DNA of 64,000 nt from Auanema rhodensis (lineage: Eukaryota > Animalia > Nematoda), in assembly GCA_964057225.1 (NCBI GenBank), contig OZ059896.1:20460001-20524000 (forward strand), given 5' to 3'. Under the pieces are notes generated by a model. The model ran no database searches. It was not told where the DNA came from and was given only the letters and a program-made list of their open reading frames with translations. Every line of letters starts with the position of its first letter. Position 1 is the stretch's first letter. This document shows positions 42,301-55,458 of the stretch, piece by piece. A program made the position numbers and the translations under genes.

Positions 42301-43503
42301 GAAAAAAATAATTCTTCAGGGTGAAAATCGAGGATATAAGTGTGAACTTATATCAGTTGATATCTCGGTGCATTTTTAAGCTAGCGCAAATCTGATAACA
42401 CAGATCGACGCAGCTTAAAAATCCGCATCGAATGCACTATACTACATTGAGAAACGCTTAATACAAAAATTAGTTATGATCGTTTGAAAAATGATGCATT
42501 AGTGTATGTTGAGTTTCCATGTACACTCAACATTGCTTCCAAAAACATTTTGACAAAAATTTTTTCGAAAAATTTCAAAATAATTTAGCAAAAAGTAGAT
42601 GTTTTTAGATTCCTTTTTTCAAGGCAAAGACGATGAACAATGTTATTCAACGAAAAAATTTTTTCTTCAGGGTGAAAATCGAGGATATAAGTGTGAACTT
42701 ATATCAGTTGATATCTCGGTGCATTTTTAAGCTAGCGCAAATCTGATAACACAGATCGACGCAGCTTAAAAATCCGCATCGAATGCACTATACGACATTG
42801 AGAAACGCTTAATACAAAAATTAGTTATGATCGTTTGAAAAATGATGCATTAGTGTATGTTGAGTTTCCATGTACACTCAACATTGCTTCCAAAAACATT
42901 TTGACAAAAATTTTTTCGAAAAATTTCAAAATAATTTAGCAAAAAGTAGATGTTTTTAGATTCCTTTATTCAAGGCAAAGACGATGGACAATGTTATTCA
43001 ACGAAAAAATTAATTCTCCAGGGTGAAAATCGAGGATATAAGTGTGAACTTATATCAGTTGATATCTCGGTGCATTTTTAAGCTAGCGCAAATCTGATAA
43101 CACAGATCGACGCAGCTTAAAAATCCGCATCGAATGCACTATACTACATTGAGAAACGCTTAATACAAAAATTAGTTATGATCGTTTGAAAAATGATGCA
43201 TTAGTGTATGTTGAGTTTCCATGTACACTCAACATTGCTTCCAAAAACATTTTGACAAAAATTTTTTCGAAAAATTTCAAAATAATTTAGCAAAAAGTAG
43301 ATGTTTTTAGATTCCTTTATTCAAGGCAAAGACGATGGACAATGTTATTCAACGAAAAAATTAATTCTTCAGGGTGAAAATCGAGGATATAAGTGTGAAC
43401 TTATATCAGTTGATATCTCGGTGCATTTTTAAGCTAGCGCAAATCTGATAACACAGATCGACGCAGCTTAAAAATCCGCATCGAATGCACTATACTACAT
43501 TGA
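30433..43503. repeat. 17-mer (5967 bp) tandem duplication, ~2.2 copies
   Basis: M88-107 match M105-124 in haplotype order. Private SNP G329A (CATTAAGAAA) at 32972 and 38939, a difference of 5967 = 17x351. Confidence 0.9.
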
Positions 43504-46500
43504 AAAACGCTTAATACAAAAATTAGTTATGATCGTTTGAAAAATGATGCATTAGTGTATGTTGAGTTTCCATGTACACTCAACATTGCTTCCAAAAACA
43601 TTTTGACAAAAATTTTTTCGAAAAATTTCAAAATAATTTAGCAAAAAGTGGATGTTTTTAGATTCCATTTTTCAAGGCAAAGACGATGGACAGTGTTATT
43701 CAACGAAAAAATTAATTCTTCAGGGTGAAAATCGAGGATATAAGTGTGAACTTATATCAGTTGATATCTCGGTGCATTTTTAAGCTAGCGCAAATCTGAT
43801 AACACAGATCGACGCAGCTTAAAAATCCGCATCGAATGCACTATACTACATTGAGAAACGCTTAATACAAAAATTAGTTATGATCGTTTGAAAAATGATG
43901 CATTAGTGTATGTTGAGTTTCCATGTACACTCAACATTGCTTCCAAAAACATTTTGACAAAAATTTTTTCGAAAAATTTCAAAATAATTTAGCAAAAAGT
44001 AGATGTTTTTAGATTCCATTTTTCAAGGCAAAGACGATGGACAGTGTTATTCAACGAAAAAAATAATTCTTCAGGGTGAAAATCGAGGATATAAGTGTGA
44101 ACTTATATCAGTTGATATCTCGGTGCATTTTTAAGCTAGCGCAAATCTGATAACACAGATCGACGCAGCTTAAAAATCCGCATCGAATGCACTATACTAC
44201 ATTGAAAAACGCTTAATACAAAAATTAGTTATGATCGTTTGAAAAATGATGCATTAGTGTATGTTGAGTTTCCATGTACACTCAACATTGCTTCCAAAAA
44301 CATTTTGACAAAAATTTTTTCGAAAAATTTCAAAATAATTTAGCAAAAAGTAGATGTTTTTAGATTCCATTTTTCAAGGCAAAGACGATGGACAGTGTTA
44401 TTCAACGAAAAAATTAATTCTTCAGGGTGAAAATCGAGGATATAAGTGTGAACTTATATCAGTTGATATCTCGGTGCATTTTTAAGCTAGCGCAAATCTG
44501 ATAACACAGATCGACGCAGCTTAAAAATCCGCATCGAATGCACTATACGACATTGAGAAACGCTTAATACAAAAATTAGTTATGATCGTTTGAAAAATGA
44601 TGCATTAGTGTATGTTGAGTTTCCATGTACACTCAACATTGCTTCCAAAAACATTTTGACAAAAATTTTTTCGAAAAATTTCAAAATAATTTAGCAAAAA
44701 GTAGATGTTTTTAGATTCCATTTTTCAAGGCAAAGACGATGGACAGTGTTATTCAACGAAAAAATTAATTCTCCAGGGTGAAAATCGAGGATATAAGTGT
44801 GAACTTATATCAGTTGATATCTCGGTGCATTTTTAAGCTAGCGCAAATCTGATAACACAGATCGACGCAGCTTAAAAATCCGCATCGAATGCACTATACT
44901 ACATTGAGAAACGCTTAATACAAAAATTAGTTATGATCGTTTGAAAAATGATGCATTAGTGTATGTTGAGTTTCCATGTACACTCAACATTGCTTCCAAA
45001 AACATTTTGACAAAAATTTTTTCGAAAAATTTCAAAATAATTTAGCAAAAAGTAGATGTTTTTAGATTCCTTTTTTCAAGGCAAAGACGATGAACAATGT
45101 TATTCAACGAAAAAATTTTTTCTTCAGGGTGAAAATCGAGGATATAAGTGTGAACTTATATCAGTTGATATCTCGGTGCATTTTTAAGCTAGCGCAAATC
45201 TGATAACACAGATCGACGCAGCTTAAAAATCCGCATCGAATGCACTATACGACATTGAGAAACGTTTAATACAAAAATTAGTTATGATCGTTTGAAAAAT
45301 GATGCATTAGTGTATGTTGAGTTTCCATGTACACTCAACATTGCTTCCAAAAACATTTTGACAAAAATTTTTTCGAAAAATTTCAAAATAATTTAGCAAA
45401 AAGTAGATGTTTTTAGATTCCTTTATTCAATGCAAAGACGATGGACAATGTTATTCAACGAAAAAATTAATTCTCCAGGGTGAAAATCGAGGATATAAGT
45501 GTGAACTTATATCAGTTGATATCTCGGTGCATTTTTAAGCTAGCGCAAATCTGATAACACAGATCGACGCAGCTTAAAAATCCGCATCGAATGCACTATA
45601 CTACATTGAGAAACGCTTAATACAAAAATTAGTTATGATCGTTTGAAAAATGATGCATTAGTGTATGTTGAGTTTCCATGTACACTCAACATTGCTTCCA
45701 AAAACATTTTGACAAAAATTTTTTCGAAAAATTTCAAAATAATTTAGCAAAAAGTAGATGTTTTTAGATTCCTTTATTCAAGGCAAAGACGATGGACAAT
45801 GTTATTCAACGAAAAAATTAATTCTTCAGGGTGAAAATCGAGGATATAAGTGTGAACTTATATCAGTTGATATCTCGGTGCATTTTTAAGCTAGCGCAAA
45901 TCTGATAACACAGATCGACGCAGCTTAAAAATCCGCATCGAATGCACTATACTACATTGAGAAACGCTTAATACAAAAATTAGTTATGATCGTTTGAAAA
46001 ATGATGCATTAGTGTATGTTGAGTTTCCATGTACACTCAACATTGCTTCCAAAAACATTTTGACAAAAATTTTTTCGAAAAATTTCAAAATAATTTAGCA
46101 AAAAGTAGATGTTTTTAGATTCCATTTTTCAAGGCAAAGACGATGGACAGTGTTATTCAACGAAAAAATTAATTCTTCAGGGTGAAAATCGAGGATATAA
46201 GTGTGAACTTATATCAGTTGATATCTCGGTGCATTTTTAAGCTAGCGCAAATCTGATAACACAGATCGACGCAGCTTAAAAATCCGCATCGAATGCACTA
46301 TACTACATTGAGAAACGCTTAATACAAAAATTAGTTATGATCGTTTGAAAAATGATGCATTAGTGTATGTTGAGTTTCCATGTACACTCAACATTGCTTC
46401 CAAAAACATTTTGACAAAAATTTTTTCGAAAAATTTCAAAATAATTTAGCAAAAAGTAGATGTTTTTAGATTCCATTTTTCAAGGCAAAGACGATGGACA

Positions 46501-49500
46501 GTGTTATTCAACGAAAAAAATAATTCTTCAGGGTGAAAATCGAGGATATAAGTGTGAACTTATATCAGTTGATATCTCGGTGCATTTTTAAGCTAGCGCA
46601 AATCTGATAACACAGATCGACGCAGCTTAAAAATCCGCATCGAATGCACTATACTACATTGAGAAACGCTTAATACAAAAATTAGTTATGATCGTTTGAA
46701 AAATGATGCATTAGTGTATGTTGAGTTTCCATGTACACTCAACATTGCTTCCAAAAACATTTTGACAAAAATTTTTTCGAAAAATTTCAAAATAATTTAG
46801 CAAAAAGTGGATGTTTTTAGATTCCATTTTTCAAGGCAAAGACGATGGACAGTGTTATTCAACGAAAAAATTAATTCTTCAGGGTGAAAATCGAGGATAT
46901 AAGTGTGAACTTATATCAGTTGATATCTCGGTGCATTTTTAAGCTAGCGCAAATCTGATAACACAGATCGACGCAGCTTAAAAATCCGCATCGAATGCAC
47001 TATACGACATTGAGAAACGCTTAATACAAAAATTAGTTATGATCGTTTGAAAAATGATGCATTAGTGTATGTTGAGTTTCCATGTACACTCAACATTGCT
47101 TCCAAAAACATTTTGACAAAAATTTTTTCGAAAAATTTCAAAATAATTTAGCAAAAAGTAGATGTTTTTAGATTCCATTTTTCAAGGCAAAGACGATGGA
47201 CAGTGTTATTCAACGAAAAAAATAATTCTTCAGGGTGAAAATCGAGGATATAAGTGTGAACTTATATCAGTTGATATCTCGGTGCATTTTTAAGCTAGCG
47301 CAAATCTGATAACACAGATCGACGCAGCTTAAAAATCCGCATCGAATGCACTATACTACATTGAGAAACGCTTAATACAAAAATTAGTTATGATCGTTTG
47401 AAAAATGATGCATTAGTGTATGTTGAGTTTCCATGTACACTCAACATTGCTTCCAAAAACATTTTGACAAAAATTTTTTCGAAAAATTTCAAAATAATTT
47501 AGCAAAAAGTAGATGTTTTTAGATTCCTTTATTCAAGGCAAAGACGATGGACAATGTTATTCAACGAAAAAATTAATTCTTCAGGGTGAAAATCGAGGAT
47601 ATAAGTGTGAACTTATATCAGTTGATATCTCGGTGCATTTTTAAGCTAGCGCAAATCTGATAACACAGATCGACGCAGCTTAAAAATCCGCATCGAATGC
47701 ACTATACGACATTGAGAAACGCTTAATACAAAAATTAGTTATGATCGTTTGAAAAATGATGCATTAGTGTATGTTGAGTTTCCATGTACACTCAACATTG
47801 CTTCCAAAAACATTTTGACAAAAATTTTTTCGAAAAATTTCAAAATAATTTAGCAAAAAGTAGATGTTTTTAGATTCCTTTATTCAATGCAAAGACGATG
47901 GACAATGTTATTCAACGAAAAAATTAATTCTCCAGGGTGAAAATCGAGGATATAAGTGTGAACTTATATCAGTTGATATCTCGGTGCATTTTTAAGCTAG
48001 CGCAAATCTGATAACACAGATCGACGCAGCTTAAAAATCCGCATCGAATGCACAATACTACATTGAGAAACGCTTAATACAAAAATTAGTTATGATCGTT
48101 TGAAAAATGATGCATTAGTGTATGTTGAGTTTCCATGTACACTCAACATTGCTTCCAAAAACATTTTGACAAAAATTTTTTCGAAAAATTTCGAAATAAT
48201 TTAGCAAAAAGTAGATGTTTTTAGATTCCTTTATTCAAGGCAAAGACGATGGACAATGTTATTCAACGAAAAAATTAATTCTTTAGGGTGAAAATCGAGG
48301 ATATAAGTGTGAACTTATATCAGTTGATATCTTGGTGCATTTTTAAGCTAGCGCAAATCTGATAACACAGATCGACGCAGCTTAAAAATCCGCATCGAAT
48401 GCACTATACTACATTGAGAAACGCTTAATACAAAAATTAGTTATGATCGTTTGAAAAATGATGCATTAGTGTATGTTGAGTTTCCATGTACACTCAACAT
48501 TGCTTCCAAAAACATTTTGACAAAAATTTTTTCGAAAAATTTCAAAATAATTTAGCAAAAAGTAGATGTTTTTAGATTCCTTTTTTCAAGGCAAAGACGA
48601 TGAACAATGTTATTCAACGAAAAAATTTTTTCTTCAGGGTGAAAATCGAGGATATAAGTGTGAACTTATATCAGTTGATATCTCGGTGCATTTTTAAGCT
48701 AGCGCAAATCTGATAACACAGATCGACGCAGCTTAAAAATCCGCATCGAATGCACTATACGACATTGAGAAACGCTTAATACAAAAATTAGTTATGATCG
48801 TTTGAAAAATGATGCATTAGTGTATGTTGAGTTTCCATGTACACTCAACATTGCTTCCAAAAACATTTTGACAAAAATTTTTTCGAAAAATTTCAAAATA
48901 ATTTAGCAAAAAGTAGATGTTTTTAGATTCCTTTATTCAAGGCAAAGACGATGGACAATGTTATTCAACGAAAAAATTAATTCTCCAGGGTGAAAATCGA
49001 GGATATAAGTGTGAACTTATATCAGTTGATATCTCGGTGCATTTTTAAGCTAGCGCAAATCTGATAACACAGATCGACGCAGCTTAAAAATCCGCATCGA
49101 ATGCACTATACTACATTGAGAAACGCTTAATACAAAAATTAGTTATGATCGTTTGAAAAATGATGCATTAGTGTATGTTGAGTTTCCATGTACACTCAAC
49201 ATTGCTTCCAAAAACATTTTGACAAAAATTTTTTCGAAAAATTTCAAAATAATTTAGCAAAAAGTAGATGTTTTTAGATTCCTTTATTCAAGGCAAAGAC
49301 GATGGACAATGTTATTCAACGAAAAAATTAATTCTTCAGGGTGAAAATCGAGGATATAAGTGTGAACTTATATCAGTTGATATCTCGGTGCATTTTTAAG
49401 CTAGCGCAAATCTGATAACACAGATCGACGCAGCTTAAAAATCCGCATCGAATGCACTATACTACATTGAGAAACGCTTAATACAAAAATTAGTTATGAT

Positions 49501-52500
49501 CGTTTGAAAAATGATGCATTAGTGTATGTTGAGTTTCCATGTACACTCAACATTGCTTCCAAAAACATTTTGACAAAAATTTTTTCGAAAAATTTCAAAA
49601 TAATTTAGCAAAAAGTAGATGTTTTTAGATTCCTTTATTCAAGGCAAAGACGATGGACAATGTTATTCAACGAAAAAATTAATTCTTCAGGGTGAAAATC
49701 GAGGATATAAGTGTGAACTTATATCAGTTGATATCTCGGTACATTTTTAAGCTAGCGCAAATCTGATAACACAGATCGACGCAGCTTAAAAATCCGCATC
49801 GAATGCACTATACTACATTGAGAAACGCTTAATACAAAAATTAGTTATGATCGTTTGAAAAATGATGCATTAGTGTATGTTGAGTTTCCATGTACACTCA
49901 ACATTGCTTCCAAAAACATTTTGACAAAAATTTTTTCGAAAAATTTCAAAATAATTTAGCAAAAAGTAGATGTTTTTAGATTCCTTTATTCAAGGCAAAG
50001 ACGATGGACAATGTTATTCAACGAAAAAATTAATTCTTCAGGGTGAAAATCGAGGATATAAGTGTGAACTTATATCAGTTGATATCTCGGTGCATTTTTA
50101 AGCTAGCGCAAATCTGATAACACAGATCGACGCAGCTTAAAAATCCGCATCGAATGCACTATACTACATTGAGAAACGCTTAATACAAAAATTAGTTATG
50201 ATCGTTTGAAAAATGATGCATTAGTGTATGTTGAGTTTCCATGTACACTCAACATTGCTTCCAAAAACATTTTGACAAAAATTTTTTCGAAAAATTTCAA
50301 AATAATTTAGCAAAAAGTAGATGTTTTTAGATTCCTTTATTCAAGGCAAAGACGATGGACAATGTTATTCAACGAAAAAATTAATTCTTCAGGGTGAAAA
50401 TCGAGGATATAAGTGTGAACTTATATCAGTTGATATCTCGGTACATTTTTAAGCTAGCGCAAATCTGATAACACAGATCGACGCAGCTTAAAAATCCGCA
50501 TCGAATGCACTATACTACATTGAGAAACGCTTAATACAAAAATTAGTTATGATCGTTTGAAAAATGATGCATTAGTGTATGTTGAGTTTCCATGTACACT
50601 CAACATTGCTTCCAAAAACATTTTGACAAAAATTTTTTCGAAAAATTTCAAAATAATTTAGCAAAAAGTAGATGTTTTTAGATTCCTTTATTCAAGGCAA
50701 AGACGATGGACAATGTTATTCAACGAAAAAATTAATTCTTCAGGGTGAAAATCGAGGATATAAGTGTGAACTTATATCAGTTGATATCTCGGTGCATTTT
50801 TAAGCTAGCGCAAATCTGATAACACAGATCGACGCAGCTTAAAAATCCGCATCGAATGCACTATACTACATTGAGAAACGCTTAATACAAAAATTAGTTA
50901 TGATCGTTTGAAAAATGATGCATTAGTGTATGTTGAGTTTCCATGTACACTCAACATTGCTTCCAAAAACATTTTGACAAAAATTTTTTCGAAAAATTTC
51001 AAAATAATTTAGCAAAAAGTGGATGTTTTTAGATTCCATTTTTCAAGGCAAAGACGATGGACAGTGTTATTCAACGAAAAAATTAATTCTTCAGGGTGAA
51101 AATCGAGGATATAAGTGTGAACTTATATCAGTTGATATCTCGGTGCATTTTTAAGCTAGCGCAAATCTGATAACACAGATCGACGCAGCTTAAAAATCCG
51201 CATCGAATGCACTATACTACATTGAGAAACGCTTAATACAAAAATTAGTTATGATCGTTTGAAAAATGATGCATTAGTGTATGTTGAGTTTCCATGTACA
51301 CTCAACATTGCTTCCAAAAACATTTTGACAAAAATTTTTTCGAAAAATTTCAAAATAATTTAGCAAAAAGTAGATGTTTTTAGATTCCATTTTTCAAGGC
51401 AAAGACGATGGACAGTGTTATTCAACGAAAAAAATAATTCTTCAGGGTGAAAATCGAGGATATAAGTGTGAACTTATATCAGTTGATATCTCGGTGCATT
51501 TTTAAGCTAGCGCAAATCTGATAACACAGATCGACGCAGCTTAAAAATCCGCATCGAATGCACTATACTACATTGAAAAACGCTTAATACAAAAATTAGT
51601 TATGATCGTTTGAAAAATGATGCATTAGTGTATGTTGAGTTTCCATGTACACTCAACATTGCTTCCAAAAACATTTTGACAAAAATTTTTTCGAAAAATT
51701 TCAAAATAATTTAGCAAAAAGTGGATGTTTTTAGATTCCATTTTTCAAGGCAAAGACGATGGACAGTGTTATTCAACGAAAAAATTAATTCTTCAGGGTG
51801 AAAATCGAGGATATAAGTGTGAACTTACATCAGTTGATATCTCGGTGCATTTTTAAGCTAGCGCAAATCTGATAACACAGATCGACGCAGCTTAAAAATC
51901 CGCATCGAATGCACTATACTACATTGAGAAACGCTTAATACAAAAATTAGTTATGATCGTTTGAAAAATGATGCATTAGTGTATGTTGAGTTTCCATGTA
52001 CACTCAACATTGCTTCCAAAAACATTTTGACAAAAATTTTTTCGAAAAATTTCGAAATAATTTAGCAAAAAGTAGATGTTTTTAGATTCCTTTATTCAAG
52101 GCAAAGACGATGGACAATGTTATTCAACGAAAAAATTAATTCTTTAGGGTGAAAATCGAGGATATAAGTGTGAACTTATATCAGTTGATATCTTGGTGCA
52201 TTTTTAAGCTAGCGCAAATCTGATAACACAGATCGACGCAGCTTAAAAATCCGCATCGAATGCACTATACTACATTGAAAAACGCTTAATACAAAAATTA
52301 GTTATGATCGTTTGAAAAATGATGCATTAGTGTATGTTGAGTTTCCATGTACACTCAACATTGCTTCCAAAAACATTTTGACAAAAATTTTTTCGAAAAA
52401 TTTCAAAATAATTTAGCAAAAAGTAGATGTTTTTAGATTCCATTTTTCAAGGCAAAGACGATGGACAATGTTATTCAACGAAAAAATTAATTCTTCAGGG

Positions 52501-55458
52501 TGAAAATCGAGGATATAAGTGTGAACTTATATCAGTTGATATCTCGGTGCATTTTCAAGCTAGCGCAAATCTGATAACACAGATCGACGCAGCTTAAAAA
52601 TGCGCATCGAATGCACTATACTACATTGAAAAACGCTTAATACAAAAATTAGTTATGATCGTTTGAAAAATGATGCATTAGTGTATGTTGAGTTTCCATG
52701 TACACTCAACATTGCTTCCAAAAACATTTTGACAAAAATTTTTTCGAAAAATTTCAAAATAATTTAGCAAAAAGTAGATGTTTTTAGATTCCATTTTTCA
52801 AGGCAAAGACGATGGACAGTGTTATTCAACGAAAAAAATAATTCTTCAGGGTGAAAATCGAGGATATAAGTGTGAACTTATATCAGTTGATATCTCGGTG
52901 CATTTTTCAGCTAGCGCAAATCTGATAACACAGATCGACGCAGCTTAAAAATCCGCATCGAATGCACTATACTACATTGAGAAACGCTTAATACAAAAAT
53001 TAGTTATGATCGTTTGAAAAATGATGCATTAGTGTATGTTGAGTTTCCATGTACACTCAACATTGCTTCCAAAAACATTTTGACAAAAATTTTTTCGAAA
53101 AATTTCAAAATAATTTAGCAAAAAGTAGATGTTTTTAGATTCCATTTTTCAAGGCAAAGACGATGGACAATGTTATTCAACGAAAAAATTAATTCTTCAG
53201 GGTGAAAATCGAGGATATAAGTGTGAACTTATATCAGTTGATATCTCGGTGCATTTTTAAGCTAGCGCAAATCTGATAACACAGATCGACGCAGCTTAAA
53301 AATCCGCATCGAATGCACTATACTACATTGAGAAACGCTTAATACAAAAATTAGTTATGATCGTTTGAAAAATGATGCATTAGTGTATGTTGAGTTTCCA
53401 TGTACACTCAACATTGCTTCCAAAAACATTTTGACAAAAATTTTTTCGAAAAATTTCAAAATAATTTAGCAAAAAGTAGATGTTTTTAGATTCCATTTTT
53501 CAAGGCAAAGACGATGGACAATGTTATTCAACGAAAAAATTAATTCTTCAGGGTGAAAATCGAGGATATAAGTGTGAACTTATATCAGTTGATATCTCGG
53601 TGCATTTTTAAGCTAGCGCAAATCTGATAACACAGATCGACGCAGCTTAAAAATCCGCATCGAATGCACTATACTACATTGAAAAACGCTTAATACAAAA
53701 ATTAGTTATGATCGTTTGAAAAATGATGCATTAGTGTATGTTGAGTTTCCATGTACACTCAACATTGCTTCCAAAAACATTTTGACAAAAATTTTTTCGA
53801 AAAATTTCAAAATAATTTAGCAAAAAGTAGATGTTTTTAGATTCCATTTTTCAAGGCAAAGACGATGGACAATGTTATTCAACGAAAAAATTAATTCTTC
53901 AGGGTGAAAATCGAGGATATAAGTGTGAACTTATATCAGTTGATATCTCGGTGCATTTTTAAGCTAGCGCAAATCTGATAACACAGATCGACGCAGCTTA
54001 AAAATGCGCATCGAATGCACTATACTACATTGAAAAACGCTTAATACAAAAATTAGTTATGATCGTTTGAAAAATGATGCATTAGTGTATGTTGAGTTTC
54101 CATGTACACTCAACATTGCTTCCAAAAACATTTTGACAAAAATTTTTTCGAAAAATTTCAAAATAATTTAGCAAAAAGTAGATGTTTTTAGATTCCATTT
54201 TTCAAGGCAAAGACGATGGACAATGTTATTCAACGAAAAAATTAATTCTTCAGGGTGAAAATCGAGGATATAAGAGTGAACTCATATCAGTTGATATCTC
54301 GGTGCATTTTTAAGCTAGCGCAAATCTGATAACACAGATCGACGCAGCTTAAAAATCCGCATCGAATGCACTATACTACATTGAGAAACGCTTAATACAA
54401 AAAATAGTTATGATCGTTTGAAAAATGATGCATTAGTGTATGTTGAGTTTCCATGTACACTCAACATTGCTTCCAAAAACATTTTGACAAAAATTTTTTC
54501 GAAAAATTTCGAAATAATTTAGCAAAAAGTAGATGTTTTTAGATTCCTTTATTCAAGGCAAAGACGATGGACAATGTTATTCAACGAAAAAATTAATTCT
54601 TCAGGGTGAAAATCGAGGATATAAGTGTGAACTTATATCAGTTGATATCTCGGTGCATTTTCAAGCTAGCGCAAATCTGATAACACAGATCGACGCAGCT
54701 TAAAAATGCGCATCGAATGCACTATACTACATTGAAAAACGCTTAATACAAAAATTAGTTATGATCGTTTGAAAAATGATGCATTAGTGTATGTTGAGTT
54801 TCCATGTACACTCAACATTGCTTCCAAAAACATTTTGACAAAAATTTTTTCGAAAAATTTCAAAATAATTTAGCAAAAAGTAGATGTTTTTAGATTCCAT
54901 TTTTCAAGGCAAAGACGATGGACAATGTTATTCAACGAAAAAATTAATTCTTCAGGGTGAAAATCGAGGATATAAGAGTGAACTTATATCAGTTGATATC
55001 TCGGTGCATTTTTAAGCTAGCGCAAATCTGATAACACAGATCGACGCAGCTTAAAAATCCGCATCGAATGCACTATACTACATTGAGAAACGCTTAATAC
55101 AAAAATTAGTTATGATCGTTTGAAAAATGATGCATTAGTGTATGTTGAGTTTCCATGTACACTCAACATTGCTTCCAAAAACATTTTGACAAAAATTTTT
55201 TCGAAAAATTTCAAAATAATTTAGCAAAAAGTAGATGTTTTTAGATCCCTTTATTCAAGGCAAAGACGATGGACAATGTTATTCAACGAAAAAATTAATT
55301 CTTCAGGGTGAAAATCGAGGATATAAGTGTGAACTTATATCAGTTGATATCTCGGTGCATTTTTAAGCTAGCGCAAATCTGATAACACAGATCGACGCAG
55401 CTTAAAAATCCGCATCGAATGCACTATACTACATTGAGAAACGCTTAATACAAAAATT

